Below, one piece after another: positions 43,190 through 58,981 of a stretch of 64,000 bases of DNA. Position numbers and translations under genes: made by a program. This stretch comes from Eledone cirrhosa (lineage: Eukaryota). Position 1 is the stretch's first letter, and every line of letters starts with the position of its first letter. Below the pieces are notes generated by a model that saw nothing but the letters and a program-made list of their open reading frames with translations, had not been told where the DNA came from and made no database searches. The stretch is taken from contig CAXHJY010000051.1 of assembly GCA_964016885.1 (NCBI GenBank), forward strand, positions 1 to 64,000, written 5' to 3'.

Positions 43190-44556
43190 AATTGCTACTT
43201 TTGGCACAAGGCCAGCATAACCCCAATGCATTACTGGTACTTTATTTTATCGATTCCGTAAGGATGAAAGGCAAAGTTAACCTCGGTGGGATTTCAACTC
43301 AGAACGTAAAGGGACATAACTCCTATGCTGCAAGGCATGGTGTCCGACGCTCTACCAATACTGCCAAACAATAATAATGGTGCTTTCTTTATTAGCCACA
43401 AAGGGCTCACATTATGGAGGCATGAAAGACGTTACAGGACGATACAGAATGGGGTTCTTTTCTGTGTAAAATAGAATTTATAACAAATTAAGAAAATAAA
43501 CATTTAAAAAAGCAATAATAATAATTACTTATCCCAAATCCCAGGAAACTCGCGTATAGAAGAAATACAAAAGATAGTTATTTATGGGAACTGCCCATAT
43601 ACTAAGGAAGATTCTGTCAATATAAGTACATCACAAGTCTAAACACCTAAAGATACATATATGTGTGTGTTCTTTTTTGAACATGGCGGACCTTGTTCTC
43701 TCTTGAGGTCACAGGTTGTGACTTGGTGATAACTCGTATGAACATAAAGCAAGATAAATAACAATAATAACAATAATAATATCTAATGAAAAACAAAGGA
43801 AAGTTAATATAAATAGTTAGAAAAACACGAACAAATCAAAAAATTGTACTCACTGTTGAAGGAGGTCAATAAATTCATAGCAGAAAACTAACAGATAACT
43901 GTGAAGAAAATGAAAAAAAAAAAAAAAACAGAATTAAGAACAGAAATTGTGAAAAACTTAAATTCGAAACTGAAAACAAACCCCCAGAATATCATGTTAA
44001 AACAGTGGCAAGAAAAACTCTTAAATGGCCAATACCTGAAAAGGCTTAATAGGGAGGAAGTAGACAAACAAAACAGACACAACTGGCTACGAAGCACTGG
44101 ACTAAAAGCCGAAAAGGAGGGATTTCTAGTTGTAGCACAAGACCAACGCTTCCCCACCAGAACAGCCGGAGAAAGAAATAATAATTGGTTCTACTTTTGG
44201 CACAAGGTCAGAAATTATCCCAGTGTATTACTGGTACTTTATTTTATCTACCCCGTAAGGATGAAAGGCAAAAATAACCTCAGTGGGATTTGAACTCAGA
44301 TCGTAAAAGGGCGTAACTCTATGCTGCAAAGCATGGTGTCTGACGCTCTACCGATACTGCCAATAAAGAAATAATAATTGTTTCTACTTTTGGCACAAGG
44401 CCAGCAATTATCCCAGTGTATTACTGGTACTTTATTTTATCGGCCCTGTAAGGATGAAAGCAAAGTTAACCTCGGCGGGATTTGAACTCAGATCATAAAG
44501 GGAGGTAACTCTATGCTTCACAGCATGGCGTCTGACGCTCTACCGATACTACCAAT
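43190..44556 (-). mobile_element. SINE S1 copies (43190-43366, 44183-44363, 44376-44556)
   Basis: Full S1 motif sets on the minus strand. Confidence 0.85.
43530..44170 (+). mobile_element. R4/Dong-like LINE fragments: a 3' end with (TAA)n-like tail, then a post-RT segment
   Basis: IPGNSRIEEIQKIV..MGTAHILRKILSI* and WQEKLLNGQY...WLRSTGLKAEKEGFLVVAQDQRFPTR. Confidence 0.8.
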
Positions 44557-44829
44557 CTATGTAGAAACAACTTTAATTTTCATTTGAATTATCAATCTTT
44601 AGCTTCCCGCCATAGTCGTCTGTCTCTCTAAACAGCAACTGCGAAACATCTTGTGGTAAATAGATAAGACACATCACTATATGAAAACTAACTCTCCCCC
44701 CCTCCCCCCCTCTCTCTCGCTCTCTCTACCCCCCCTCTCTCTGCCCCCCCCCTCTCTAATTTTAACAGAAACAAAAACAAACTTCAATCTACTTTAACAT
44801 TAACAAAATCAACAAGAAAAAAACCCAAC

Positions 44830-45100
44830 GATGGCGATGACGATGACAACGACACAATGACGGTAACAACAACACGACGATGATGATGACGATGACAACG
44901 ACACAATGACGGTAACAACAACACGACGATGATGATGACGATGACAACGACACAATGACGGTAACAACAACACGACGATGATGATGACGATGACAACGAC
45001 ACAATGACGGTAACAACAACACGACGATGATGATGGCGATGATGATGACGATGACAACGACACAATGACGGTAACAACAACACGACGACGATGACAATGT
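44830..45100 (+). repeat. Minisatellite of about 50 bp, about 5 copies
   Basis: GATGACAACGACACAATGACGGTAACAACAACACGAC(GAT)n. Confidence 0.9.
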
Positions 45101-45639
45101 AAAAAATATAAACAGATTTTGTTTTCTGAAAACGTTCGCATTTATTTATTTAGATATTTATTTTATTTCATGTCAGTTTCAACCAAGAAATACAAGAGGG
45201 CCTATAAAGTGTTTATGTCTGCCAACCCACCACCCTAATACCAGCCAGAGTCGGTAGAACGTTGGATAGAATGCTTCGTGGCATAGAGTTACAGCCCTTT
45301 ATATTCTGAGTTCAAATCCCATCGTGGTTAGCTTTGCCTTTCATCCTTACAGTTTAACGCTGGAAAATTAGAAACCCTCCACTTTCAACCCGCTAACATT
45401 AAACAAAGGCCATTAAAACAAAGCTACTCTGGACTAAGATGGATTGAAATCCATGTGTCAAAATTAGAGTGAGACCCCTGGTAGTTGATATCGATAACAA
45501 TGTATCGTTTCTTGCGCATGTCCCCAAGATGGCACCAATGTGCAGATGAACTCTGAGCCAGATGAATTCTGAGTTCATTGAAGCCAAGAGACCTGGAAAC
45601 TATGGGTGACTCACTGAAGAACATTTACCATCAAATAAC

Positions 45640-46230
45640 TGGACCGTTCCTTCCAGATATGATTATCCCACAGTGTCAAATTGCAGAACTTGAAGCACTC
45701 CAACGATGTTACACCAAGAAGATTGTCTCAATGAAAGAGATGTCAACTAAGAGTGGTTAAAATAACTAGAACTGTACATCTTGGAGGGAAGACGTTGAGC
45801 ATACACAATAATATACATAAGGAAGAACCAGAGAGCTGGGCCGACCGCTGCATACTACCAAATGTCTCATCCTCCACAATTTGAGAAAAAAAACAGATAT
45901 TGCTGTAGCTTGGGATTTAAGAAACCCATGTTCTTAGATATACTGCCAAACAAAGTCTGAGAGATCTACATGGATTTGGATATTTTCAAGAAGCTTGCGT
46001 AGAGAAAAGACCAGATATTGATGTAGCACAGGATTCAAGGATCGCCAGTTCTTCAAAATGCTGCCGTCTGAGAGATCATATACATGGATGTAGATATTTT
46101 CAAGAATCATGCTATGTAAGATCCCAGATGAGCCAACACTACAATACAAATAAAGGAAGTAATGTCAAACTTTCTCGTGCATCAAAAGCCGACGAACAAC
46201 TATAGAAAAGGTAGAGGCAATGGCGGTGTC
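45640..46230 (+). mobile_element. Decayed CR1/L2-group LINE 3' end
   Basis: IAELEALQRCYTKKI...LK*LELYILEGRR, and ...LRDLHG...DIF...IPDEPT. Confidence 0.65.
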
Positions 46231-46437
46231 CTAGTATCGGCTCAACCAGTCGGCCGGGACATGTAAGAGTATATATACATATATATATATACATATAATA
46301 ATAATAATATTTATACTTATGTATAAACTATATATAATTATAAACAGGAAAGGTCAGTATTTTTAATTTTTTACCACCTTATTACCAGTATGAAAAATGG
46401 CTCAATGTAAATAAATCACATGTATTACAGAGCAGGA

Positions 46438-46880
46438 ATATAAAGTACAGAACAATCAAATCTATGTTTAATACATTTTATTGCTGACAATCGTTTCTTA
46501 CAAACAGGTGCTTGGATTCATCGGAACATTGGCAAAGTTTAAACACATAAATAAATTCCTATTCTACATTCGAAAAGATACGTTGATACTATTGTTGCTA
46601 TCAATAGTGTCATATTCAAAGTGAGTGAAGATGTTGTGGTCTGCAACAAAGGGTATAATAAAGAGTACAACAGACCACAGCATCTTCACTCACTTTAAAT
46701 ATAACACTATTGATAGCAACAATAGTATCAACGTATCTTTTCGAATGTTCTGTAGAATAGGAATTTATTTATGTGTTTAAACTTTGCCAATGCTCCGATA
46801 TTTCCAAACAACTGTTTGGAAGAAACGATTGTCAGCAATAAAATGTATTAAACATAGATTTGATTGTTCTGTTCTTTATA
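46438..46880. mobile_element. Inverted repeat with arms of about 205 bp, each carrying a degenerate minimal HHR (family D)
   Basis: Arms 46438-46643 and 46671-46880. Right arm reads TGCT-CCGATAT-TTCCAAACA-AC-TGTTTGGAA-GAAAC-GATT-GTC-AGCA. Confidence 0.7.
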
Positions 46881-47095
46881 TACATATATATAAATATATA
46901 CACATATATTTATGTATATAAACATACATATATACATATACATACATAAATATACATATCTATACATACACATATATACATATACATACATACACATATA
47001 TACATATACATACATATACATACATAAATATACATAAATATACATACACATATATATATACACATACACATATATATATACACATACACATATAT

Positions 47096-47126
<31 letters not shown>

Positions 47127-47585
47127 CATACATATATATATACATACATACATATATATATACATACATACATATATACATACATACATATATACATACA
47201 TATATATATATATACACATATATATACATACACACATATATATATACACATACACATATATATATATATACATACACATATATATATATATACATACACA
47301 TATATATATATACATACACATATATATATACATACACATATATACCTACATACACATATATACATACATACACATATACACATACATACACATATATACA
47401 TACACATACAAATATATACATACCTATACATATACATATATATACATACCTATACATATACATATATACATATACATACATACCTATACATATATATATA
47501 TATATACACATATACATACATATACATACATACCTATACATATATATATATATATACACATATACATACATATACATACATACCT

Positions 47586-47628
<43 letters not shown>

Positions 47629-47852
47629 CATACATACCTATACATATATATATATATATATATATACATATACATACATACCTATACATATATATATATA
47701 TATATATACATACATACCTATACATATATATATATATATACATACATACCTATACATATATATATATATACATACCTATACATATATATATATATATATA
47801 CATACCTATACATATATATATATACATATATATATATACATATATATACATT

Positions 47853-47894
<42 letters not shown>

Positions 47895-48835
47895 GATACA
47901 TATATATATACATATACATAGATACATATATATACATTTACATATATATACATATACATATATTTACATTTACATAAATATGCATATACATATATATACA
48001 TATATATGTATATATGTGTGTGTGTGTAAAATGTAATGTAATATATAACAATATCATACACTTCTCAAGATTAGATTGTTTAAAGATGCGAGATACTGTA
48101 TTTGTTGTATTGTTCTGGAAGATAGAGGGCGCAACAGTCGACCACACATGACGACTGTAAAAGGACACCTCTGTATTGGGCGTTAACACTAATACAGACT
48201 ATATCTCATATAGAGACACATTGTATGTTATGATACGGTGTAGAGAATGTGACTGTGTCAAGGTGTGTGTGTGAGTGTGTGTGTGTGTCAGTGTGTGTGT
48301 CTGAAGGTGTGAGTGTATGAGTGGATGTGTGTGAGTGTGTGTCTGAAGGTGTGTGTGTGAGTGGATGTGTGGATGTGTGTGTGTGGATGTGTGTATGTGA
48401 GTGGATGTGTGTGTGTGTGTGTGAGCGTGTGTGTGTGTGTGAGTGAGTGTATGTGTGTATTTGACTGTGTGAATGTAAGTGTGTGTGAGGAGGAGAGAGA
48501 GAATGTAAAATGATGGATTAGCTAGTTACGTTTATACATGTATGTATGTTATACACGTATGTGTGTTTGTATGTATGTTTGTATGCACGTTTGTATGTAT
48601 GTATGTTTGTATGTTTGTATGTTATGTATGTATGTCATGTTTGTATGTATGTTTGTATGTATGTTTGTATGTATGTTTGTATGTCTGTCTGTATGTATGT
48701 CTGTATGTATGTATGTCTGTATGTATGTTTGTATGTTGTGTATGTATGTTTGTATGTATGTTTGTATGTATGTATGTATGTCTGTATGTATGTATGTCTG
48801 TATGTTTGTATGTTGTGTATGTATGTTTGTATGTA
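46880..48835. repeat. TA/CA, (TG)n and (ATGT)n microsatellite fields
   Basis: Read directly. Confidence 0.93.
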
Positions 48836-49208
48836 GCGGAAGAACTCATAAGAGTCAACGGCCATCCAAAAGTGTGTAAATATGTATATACACATGTACC
48901 GTGCGATTAAACCACTGGGAGTGAAGGACCCTAGCCTTTGTCAGGGCATTCTTCTAGGAGAAGGCAACTCAGGAAACTGGGATAACTCCGATATAAAACC
49001 TGCGGCTCAGTAGTAACCAATGAGATTGGCTCAGTGCACAGTCTTTCCTCACTTTCAAAAATATCTTCATGCACAGGCATTGCACGGTAGAATTAATTAA
49101 TAATTATTAATAATGGTATATCTTGCGATGGCCATACTCGATAACGAGGGGGCAGCCATCATGTATGTATGTATGTATGTATGTATGTATGTATGTATGT
49201 ATGTATGT
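48836..49208 (+). mobile_element. Short non-autonomous RTE-like element with (ATGT)n tail
   Basis: Shares its 5' motif (AAGAGTCAACGGCCATCC...CTAGGAGAAGG) and 3' stem-loop with 15150-15790. Confidence 0.55.
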
Positions 49209-49535
49209 TCGTAGGTAGGTGTCAATATTTATGTATGTATGTAGATATGATTATGTACGTGTATATGTATACATGTATATATGCGTATATATGTATATGT
49301 AAATATATATAAGTGTGTGCATGTGTGTGTGTGTGTGTGAGAACATTAGAATACAATGATGATATATGTTAGTTTAACTCTTGAAACAGGAGGGAGGGAG
49401 CCTTAAAGTTTCAGATGTTAAACTCCTGATGGAAGATAGATGATACAAAAAGGTACGAGATGATTTCTCCCGAATGAAACTGTTCTAGTCCTGTAGAAGC
49501 CTTTTCTATATTAAATATATATATATATACATATG

Positions 49536-49583
<48 letters not shown>

Positions 49584-49671
49584 CATACGTATATATATAT
49601 ATACATATGTACAAACACACATAAGGACTTCTGTCATCCTAATTTGTTATATACATTTGTGTGTGAGTGAA

Positions 49672-49706
<35 letters not shown>

Positions 49707-50366
49707 AAGTACGACCCCGACGGCAGAGCTCAAGCCGTTTCGACGGCTATTTCTGGTGGAGTTTCACTTGTAAGAAATACTCACAAGATCATCAGACAAA
49801 ACTGAATATTCAACGACAGAGATTGAATAAATAAAGGGAAAACTAGAAGGCGGGGAGTGAAGTGGATAGGATGAAGGGGTGAGGGCTGTTAGAGGAGATA
49901 GGGGTTAGTAATAGGGATGGAGGTACATAAAAATATATGGTGAAAGAGGCAGGGACATGGGGTAGGGGAGAGTAGAGAGAAACTGACGGGGCGTGGCGAG
50001 GGAGGGGGGAGAATGTGGTGGGTGGATAGGGGAGAGAAGAGAAAAAAGAGAAAAACGTGAAAAAGAGAAAAAAGTGAAAAAATGTGAAAAAGAGAAAAAA
50101 GTGAAAAAAAGAGAAAAAAGTGAAAAAAAGAGAAAAAAGTGAAAAAAGAGAAAAAAGTGAAAAAAGAGAAAAAAGTGAAAAAAGAGAAAAAAGTGAAAAA
50201 AGAGGAAAAAGAGGAAAAAGAGGAAAGGAGAAGGAAATAAAAATAAAGAAAAGAAAGAAAAGAGACAAAAATATCAGAGAAAGAGAAATAAATAAACAGA
50301 GACAAAAAGAGAGAGAGAGAAAGAGTGAGAGAGAGAGAGAGAGAAAGAGAGAGAAAGAGAGAAAGA

Positions 50367-50407
<41 letters not shown>

Positions 50408-50562
50408 GGGGAAGTCCGGGTTAAATGGAATGTTGCCACGATGTTGCAGGTGTTTATAAGATGATGATGGTGGGTGGAGTCAATGAACTGGAACGGGGTC
50501 AGTGTGTGTCTGCAAATGGAATGCTGAAGAAACTGGTAGAATAATGTACATACACATATATG

Positions 50563-50608
<46 letters not shown>

Positions 50609-50724
50609 CATATGTTATTACTCGAAGGTGACACAACCTCATCGAGTGCTTTGCTGCACATTCCTAATTGTATATGGTTTGCTTGGCCACAGCCAAACCT
50701 TCGATTTTACTAAATTTCCATTTG

Positions 50725-50776
<52 letters not shown>

Positions 50777-50799
50777 GATATATATATATACATAGATAC

Positions 50800-50831
<32 letters not shown>

Positions 50832-51106
50832 ATAGATACATAGATATATATATAGATACATATATATATATATAGATACATATATATATATATAGATACA
50901 TATATATATATATAGATACATATATATATATACATATACACATATATATATATATATACACATATATATATACATACATATATACATATATATATATACA
51001 TATATATATACATATATATATACATACATATATACATATTATATACATATATATATACATATATATATACATATATATATACATATATATATACATACAT
51101 ATATAC

Positions 51107-51139
<33 letters not shown>

Positions 51140-51208
51140 CATATATATACATATATATATACATACATATATATATATATACATATATATACATATATAT
51201 ATACATAC

Positions 51209-51240
<32 letters not shown>

Positions 51241-51308
51241 ATACATACATATATATATATATATACATATACATATATGTATATACATATATATATATAT
51301 ACATATAC

Positions 51309-51343
<35 letters not shown>

Positions 51344-51460
51344 CACATATACATATATACATATATATACATATATACATATACATATATACATATATAT
51401 ATACATATTCATATACATATACATACATATACTTTTATATACATATATATACATATACAT

Positions 51461-51493
<33 letters not shown>

Positions 51494-51654
51494 CATATAC
51501 ATATATATACATATATATACATATACATATACATATATATACATATACATATATACATATATACATATACATATATACATATACATATATACATATATAC
51601 ATATATACATATACATATATACATATATATATATACACATATATATATATATAT

Positions 51655-51695
<41 letters not shown>

Positions 51696-51744
51696 TATAT
51701 ATATACACATATATATATATATACACATATATATATATATATAT

Positions 51745-51795
<51 letters not shown>

Positions 51796-51852
51796 TATAT
51801 ACATATATATATATACATATATATATATACATATACATATATATATATGCAC

Positions 51853-51894
<42 letters not shown>

Positions 51895-52000
51895 ATATAT
51901 ACACATATATATATACACACATATATATATACACATATATATATACACATATACATATATACATATATATATATACATATACATATATATACATATACAT

Positions 52001-52033
<33 letters not shown>

Positions 52034-52090
52034 CATATACATATATATACATATATATACATATACATATACATATATATACATATACAT

Positions 52091-52123
<33 letters not shown>

Positions 52124-52272
52124 CATATACATATATATACATATATATACATATACATATACATATATATACATATACATATATACATATATACATATAC
52201 ATATATACATATATACATATATACATATACATATATACATATATATATATATACACATATATATATATATAT

Positions 52273-52343
<71 letters not shown>

Positions 52344-52356
52344 TATATATATATAT

Positions 52357-52401
<45 letters not shown>

Positions 52402-52460
52402 TATATACATATATATATATACATATATATATATATACATATACATATATATATATGCAC

Positions 52461-52502
<42 letters not shown>

Positions 52503-52706
52503 ATATATACACACATATATATATACACATATATATATACACACATATATATACACATATATATATACACATATATATATATATATACATATATATACAT
52601 ATACATATATATACACATATACATATACATATATATACACATATACATATACATATATATACACATATACATATACATATATATACACATATACATATAT
52701 ATACAC

Positions 52707-52737
<31 letters not shown>

Positions 52738-52782
52738 AACATATATACATATATACATATATATACATGCATATATACATAC

Positions 52783-52829
<47 letters not shown>

Positions 52830-53845
52830 TATACATATATATATATACATAAATACATATAGATATATACATAAATACATATAGATATATATAGATATAT
52901 ATATATATATATATACAGATTGTTATACTTGGGGAGGGTCATATTGTTATAATATTGCCAGAAATAATAAGAGAACACACTCGCTGTTTGGTTTGGGTTG
53001 GTTTTCGCTTCTGTATCTTTTATATCTCCATAGTTAAGTTATTAGGCAATCAAGTATAACAATATTTGTTTCGACACACGATTTCATATAAAAAACCTAA
53101 CAAAACAAATATACATAATACATATAAAATACATATACATTCATATATATATATATATACAGACACATACATATATATACAGACACATACATATATATAC
53201 ACACATACATACATATATATACACACACATACATATATATACACACACATACATACATATATATACACACATACATACATATATATACACACATACATAC
53301 ATATATATACACACACATACATACATATATATACACACACATATATATATATACACACATACATATATATACACACATACATACATATATATATACACAC
53401 ATACATACATATATATACACACATACATACATATATATACACACATACATATATATACACACATACATACATATATATACACACATACATACATATATAT
53501 ACACACATACATACATATATATACACACATATATATATATATATACACACATACATACATATATATATACACATACACACATATATATACACACATACAT
53601 ACATATATATACACACTCATACATATATATATACACACACATACATACATATACACACAGATACATATATATATACACAGACATACATATATGTACACAC
53701 ACATACATACATATATACACACATACATACATATATACACACACATACATACATATATATACACATACATATATATATATACATACATACATATATATAC
53801 ACATACATATATATATACATACATACATATATATATACATATATA
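50725..53845. repeat. Long TA/CA compound microsatellite, interrupted at 52918-53110 by a family-F element
   Basis: Read directly. Confidence 0.95.
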
Positions 53846-53981
53846 AAATTTAATATTGAAATGACTAGAACCGTTTGATTGAAAAGAATTCACCAGGAAA
53901 GCCCTGTTTACACTATTAAGGTATTGAGTACCTCACCAAGTGTGGTTACTCCCGATGGACCCCGGGACTCACATATAATTT

Positions 53982-54092
<111 letters not shown>

Positions 54093-54121
54093 TTACTAAA
54101 TATATACCTATATATCATATA

Positions 54122-54760
54122 TCGGGGTCGATAAAATAAGTACCAGTAATACACTGGGTAATTGCTGGCCTTGTGCCTAACGTAGAAACAATTATATATA
54201 TATATATGGCGGTGGACTGGCAGTATAGGTACAGGGTCGGACGCCATGCTTTGACGCATAGAGTTACGGCCCTTGCCATTCTGAGTTCAAATCCCGCCGA
54301 GGTTAACTTTGCCTTTAATCATTACGGGGTCGATAAAATAAAGTACCAGTAATGTACTGGGTAATTGCTGGCCTTGTGCCTAAAGTAAAAACAATTATAT
54401 ATATATATATATATTACATAATATATTATATATGCTGGCACTCCGTCGGTTACGACGATGAGTGTTCCTGTTGCTGCGATCAATGGAACAACCTGCTCAT
54501 GAAATTAACGTGCAAGTGGCTGAGCATTCCACAGACACGTGTATCCATAAAGTAGTTATCAGGGAGATTCAGCGAGAGTGACACTATGACGAGGGTAGCC
54601 CGGCGAAATACAAGCACAAATCCTGTTTGACCAGCTGAGTGAACTGGAACAAGGTGAAATAAATTGCCTTGCTCAAGGACACAATGCACCAACGGGATTC
54701 GAACTCACGACCTAGCAATCGTTAGTGAAATAACCTAACCACTAAGCCATACGCCTTCAC
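54122..54760. mobile_element. SINE S1 (54122-54193 and 54208-54395, +) and a full-length CORE-type SINE (54433-54760, -)
   Basis: Motif sets as above. Confidence 0.82.
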
Positions 54761-54838
54761 ACAACACATTTAGACACACACACACACTATAGATAGATAT
54801 GTATATACACATATGTTCATAAATATATATATGTACCC

Positions 54839-54873
<35 letters not shown>

Positions 54874-55055
54874 TATATCCATACATATATACACACATAC
54901 ACATATATGAATACACACATATCCATACATATATACACACACATGAATACATACAGACACACACATATATATATATATATATGTATATATATAAATATAT
55001 ACACATATATTCATATAAATGAATAAATAAATATATTATATATATATATATATAT

Positions 55056-55246
55056 AGGAAAAAGTAAGACCCCGACGGCAGAGCTCAATCCGTTTCGACG
55101 GCTATTTCTAGTCCAGAAATAGCCGTCGAAACGGCTTCAGCTCTGCCGTCGGTGCCTTACTTTTTCCTATTACCCACTCTACTACCCTAAGTATTGAGTA
55201 CTCTGGTGCGTTATGGTCCATCTGGTTCCTTACCACAATTCTTTTG

Positions 55247-55250
<4 letters not shown>
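55056..55250 (+). mobile_element. Family B element with fold-back head
   Basis: GACCCCGACGGCAGAGCTC...CTAGTCCAGAAATAGCCGTCGAAACGGC...GCCGTCGG...GTATTGAGTAC...GTTATATA. Confidence 0.75.
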
Positions 55251-55283
<33 letters not shown>

Positions 55284-55699
55284 CATATATATATATTCAT
55301 ACATATATAAATGAATAAATAAATATATTATATATATATATATATTATATATATATATATGTATATATATACTCACACACCTAAAACATATCTAGACACC
55401 ATTGGAAAGTGGTAGTATTTTAAACTAACCCCTGTAAAGAAAATGTCCCGCCTCTATCATCACATCTGAAATTTCATTGGTCTATTTCTCTCTAATCTGA
55501 TTGGTTGGTTGACAATGTCGTTAGTTTCATTTATCAAACATTTAGGGACCACATTTGCTGGGGATCTTTCTATAAGTAGGGAGCTAATGATGTAAAAGGG
55601 GGCGGTTGTGACTGCTGGATTGCCGAGGGATGTGATGATACAGAGCCAGCTGTCTTGTAGGAGGTGTTGTCATGGTTATATGTTGTTTGTTTTTTTTGT

Positions 55700-55896
55700 C
55701 ATTGGTGATGGTGGTGGTGGTGATGATGATGATGGTGGTGGTGATGATGATGATGGTTGTCGTGGTGATGATGGTTGTGGTGGTGGTGTGGTTGTGGGTG
55801 TGGTGTTGGTCCTTTTGTCGTTGGTGATGGTGGTGATGATGGTGGTGATGGTGGTGGTGATGATGGTGATAATGATGGTGATGATGGTGCTGGTGG

Positions 55897-55927
<31 letters not shown>

Positions 55928-56470
55928 GGTGGTGATGATGGTGATAATGATGGTGATAATGATGGTGATAATGATGGTGATGGTGATGATGGTGCTGGTG
56001 GTGATGATGATGATGATGATGATGGTTGTCATGGTGGTGTGATTGTGGGTGTGGTGCCGCTCCTTATGATGGTGGTGTTGATTGATGATGGTGATGATGG
56101 TGGTTGTCGTGGTATGTTGGTAATGGTTGTGGGTGCGGTGTTGATGATGACGATGATGGTGTTGGTGTTGGTGGTGATGATGATGATGGTTGTTGTTGTG
56201 GCATGTTGAAAGTGGTTGTGGGTGTGGTGTTGGTGGTGCTGGTGCTGGTGATGATGATTGTCGTGGTAGAATGTTGAGAGTGGTGGTGGATGTGGTGTTG
56301 CTCTTGATGATGATGGTGTTGGTGGTTATGGTGATGGTTGCCCTGGTGGTATGGTCCTAGTGGCGGTGGTGGCGGTGCAGGCGTTACTGTTGATGATGAT
56401 GGTATGTATGTTGATAGTGGTTTCGGCTGTGGTGGTCGTTGTGATACAGTTGTTGTTGTTGTTGTGATGG
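55700..56470 (+). repeat. Degenerate (GAT/GGT/GTT)n block
   Basis: Read directly. Confidence 0.9.
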
Positions 56471-56887
56471 TAGGTATCACTGTTATAGAGGAGATGCTGA
56501 GTCGGTGCAAACAATTCTACCCAACTGAGGTCGATTTAATCGACTCCCCCCCCCCAATTCTTGGTCTTATGCCTAAATCAAAAACCATTATTAATTAGGT
56601 ACTAGTAGTGTACTGGGGTGGATGGGTGGATACAATCAACTTTCCCCTTCTCCCAAAATGCTGGGCCTAGTGCCAAAACCTTTATTAATCCAGTTGGTTA
56701 ATCAATCTATCAATTAATCTGGATTAACCAAATGGATTAATCGTGAGTTCGAGTCCAGGACCAAGAGGTATGTGTTAATTTCCCTTTGTTTCTCATCATT
56801 GGAGACCTCAATCATTGAAACACCCGAGAAACCTTCCATGAGAGGCAAATAAATGCGAGCCCTAAATTTCATTTTTGATTTCATTAT

Positions 56888-57243
56888 TCGGATTGGCAGT
56901 ATCGATAGGGGGTCGGACGCCATACTTTGCAGCAAAGAGTTACAGTCCTTTATGGTCTGAGTTCAAATTCCGCTGAGGTTAACTTTGCCTTTCATCCTTA
57001 CGAGGTCGATAAAATAAAGTACCAGTAATACACTGGGATAATTGTCGGCCTTGTGCCAGAAGTAGAAATAATCATTCGGTAGAGGGTTGGCCGCCATGCT
57101 TTCTAGCACAGTTATGTCCCTTTACAGTCTGAGTTCAAATCCCGCCGAGGTTAACTTTGCCTTTCATCCTTACGGAGTCGATAAAATAAAGTACCAGTAA
57201 TGTACTGGATAATTTGCTGGCCTTGTGCCAAAAGCAGAAACAG
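56888..57243 (+). mobile_element. Two tandem SINE S1 copies
   Basis: Two motif sets. Confidence 0.85.
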
Positions 57244-57464
57244 TTATTTTTGTTTTTCAAATCTTTATATAAAATTTCCACAGAAGATTTCAGTAAAGTG
57301 GAATTGTGAGAGGAGATTAAAATACATGTTTAGGGGCCTCCTTTCCTTATCTTTTTCTGTGTGAAGGGCATATAGAAAGTCGTGTTACCTCTTTGGAGGC
57401 TTTCTTTCCCTTTCTTACCCATAGCCCACTCGAAAACAATGATACACACACACACACACACATA

Positions 57465-57495
<31 letters not shown>

Positions 57496-57696
57496 ACAAG
57501 TATGTGAAAGGTAAACAGATAAGAACACAATCGGTAGAATATATGGAAGGAATATATTAGGTTAACGCTTGAAATAGCAGGGAGAATGGGAAATAAGATA
57601 GATTGAATGGACGGGCGGTATACACACTTTGATTACCTGTACAAGCAATATTTATTAGAATGCATTTGAAGTGTGTATATACACTTTTGAGGCCAC

Positions 57697-57732
<36 letters not shown>

Positions 57733-57888
57733 CCCTATGGTTAAGGTGTTCGCTTCACAAGCACGTGGCTTCAGGCTCAGTTCAAATGCGCGGCATTTAA
57801 CGCAAGTCTCTTCTTCTATGGTTAGAAATTAATCAATGCCTTGTGACTGAAATTTGGTGGAAACAGCAGAATGCCATCATATATACAT

Positions 57889-57919
<31 letters not shown>

Positions 57920-57968
57920 CACACACACACACACATATATATACACACACACACACACACACATATGT

Positions 57969-58024
<56 letters not shown>

Positions 58025-58099
58025 GCACCCACATACATATATAGTAACGGCTACAAGACGGGAACAAATGTATTTAGTCATTGTGGACTTATCTATATG

Positions 58100-58137
<38 letters not shown>

Positions 58138-58254
58138 CGTCACACACGTACACACACACATATGTATATAGATATATACATACATAGATATACATATATA
58201 CATACATATATATATATACATACATACACACACACACATACACACACACACACA

Positions 58255-58296
<42 letters not shown>

Positions 58297-58622
58297 GGTT
58301 TGCAATGACTAAATACGTTTGTTAGCGCCATATAGTAGTTAGTTGTAGTAGTAGTAGTAGTAGTAGTAGTCGTGCAACGAGAGAAAAACTACCTCCGGCT
58401 TTTAGTCAGTCACCCCATCACAAACAACCAATCAGATCACAGCACAATTCCACCATTACACTACGTTACCAATCTAATAGATGACACCCATTTTTGGACC
58501 TTCCTACGTGTATGTCTAGTACCGTTCGCGTGCGCGAGCAGGCATACGATTGCTCACGCATACAAACTTATGTGTACGTATGTATGGATGTATGTGTATG
58601 TGTGTGTGTGTATATATATACA

Positions 58623-58653
<31 letters not shown>

Positions 58654-58768
58654 GTGTATATATATGTGTGTGTATATATATATATGTGTGTATATATATA
58701 TATGTGTATATATATATATATGTGTATATATATATATATGTGTATATATATATATGTGTATATATATA

Positions 58769-58831
<63 letters not shown>

Positions 58832-58946
58832 GTATATGTGTGAATATATATATGTGTGTGTGTGTGTGTACGTATGTATGAATGTGGGTGTATATATATA
58901 TATATATATGTATAAATGTGTGCGTTTAGATGTATGTGTTTATATA

Positions 58947-58981
<35 letters not shown>

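Noticed and set aside
50619-50650. Hairpin with CGATGA on the minus strand as a hammerhead
   Set aside because: It lacks CUGA and GAAA and is too degenerate to support.
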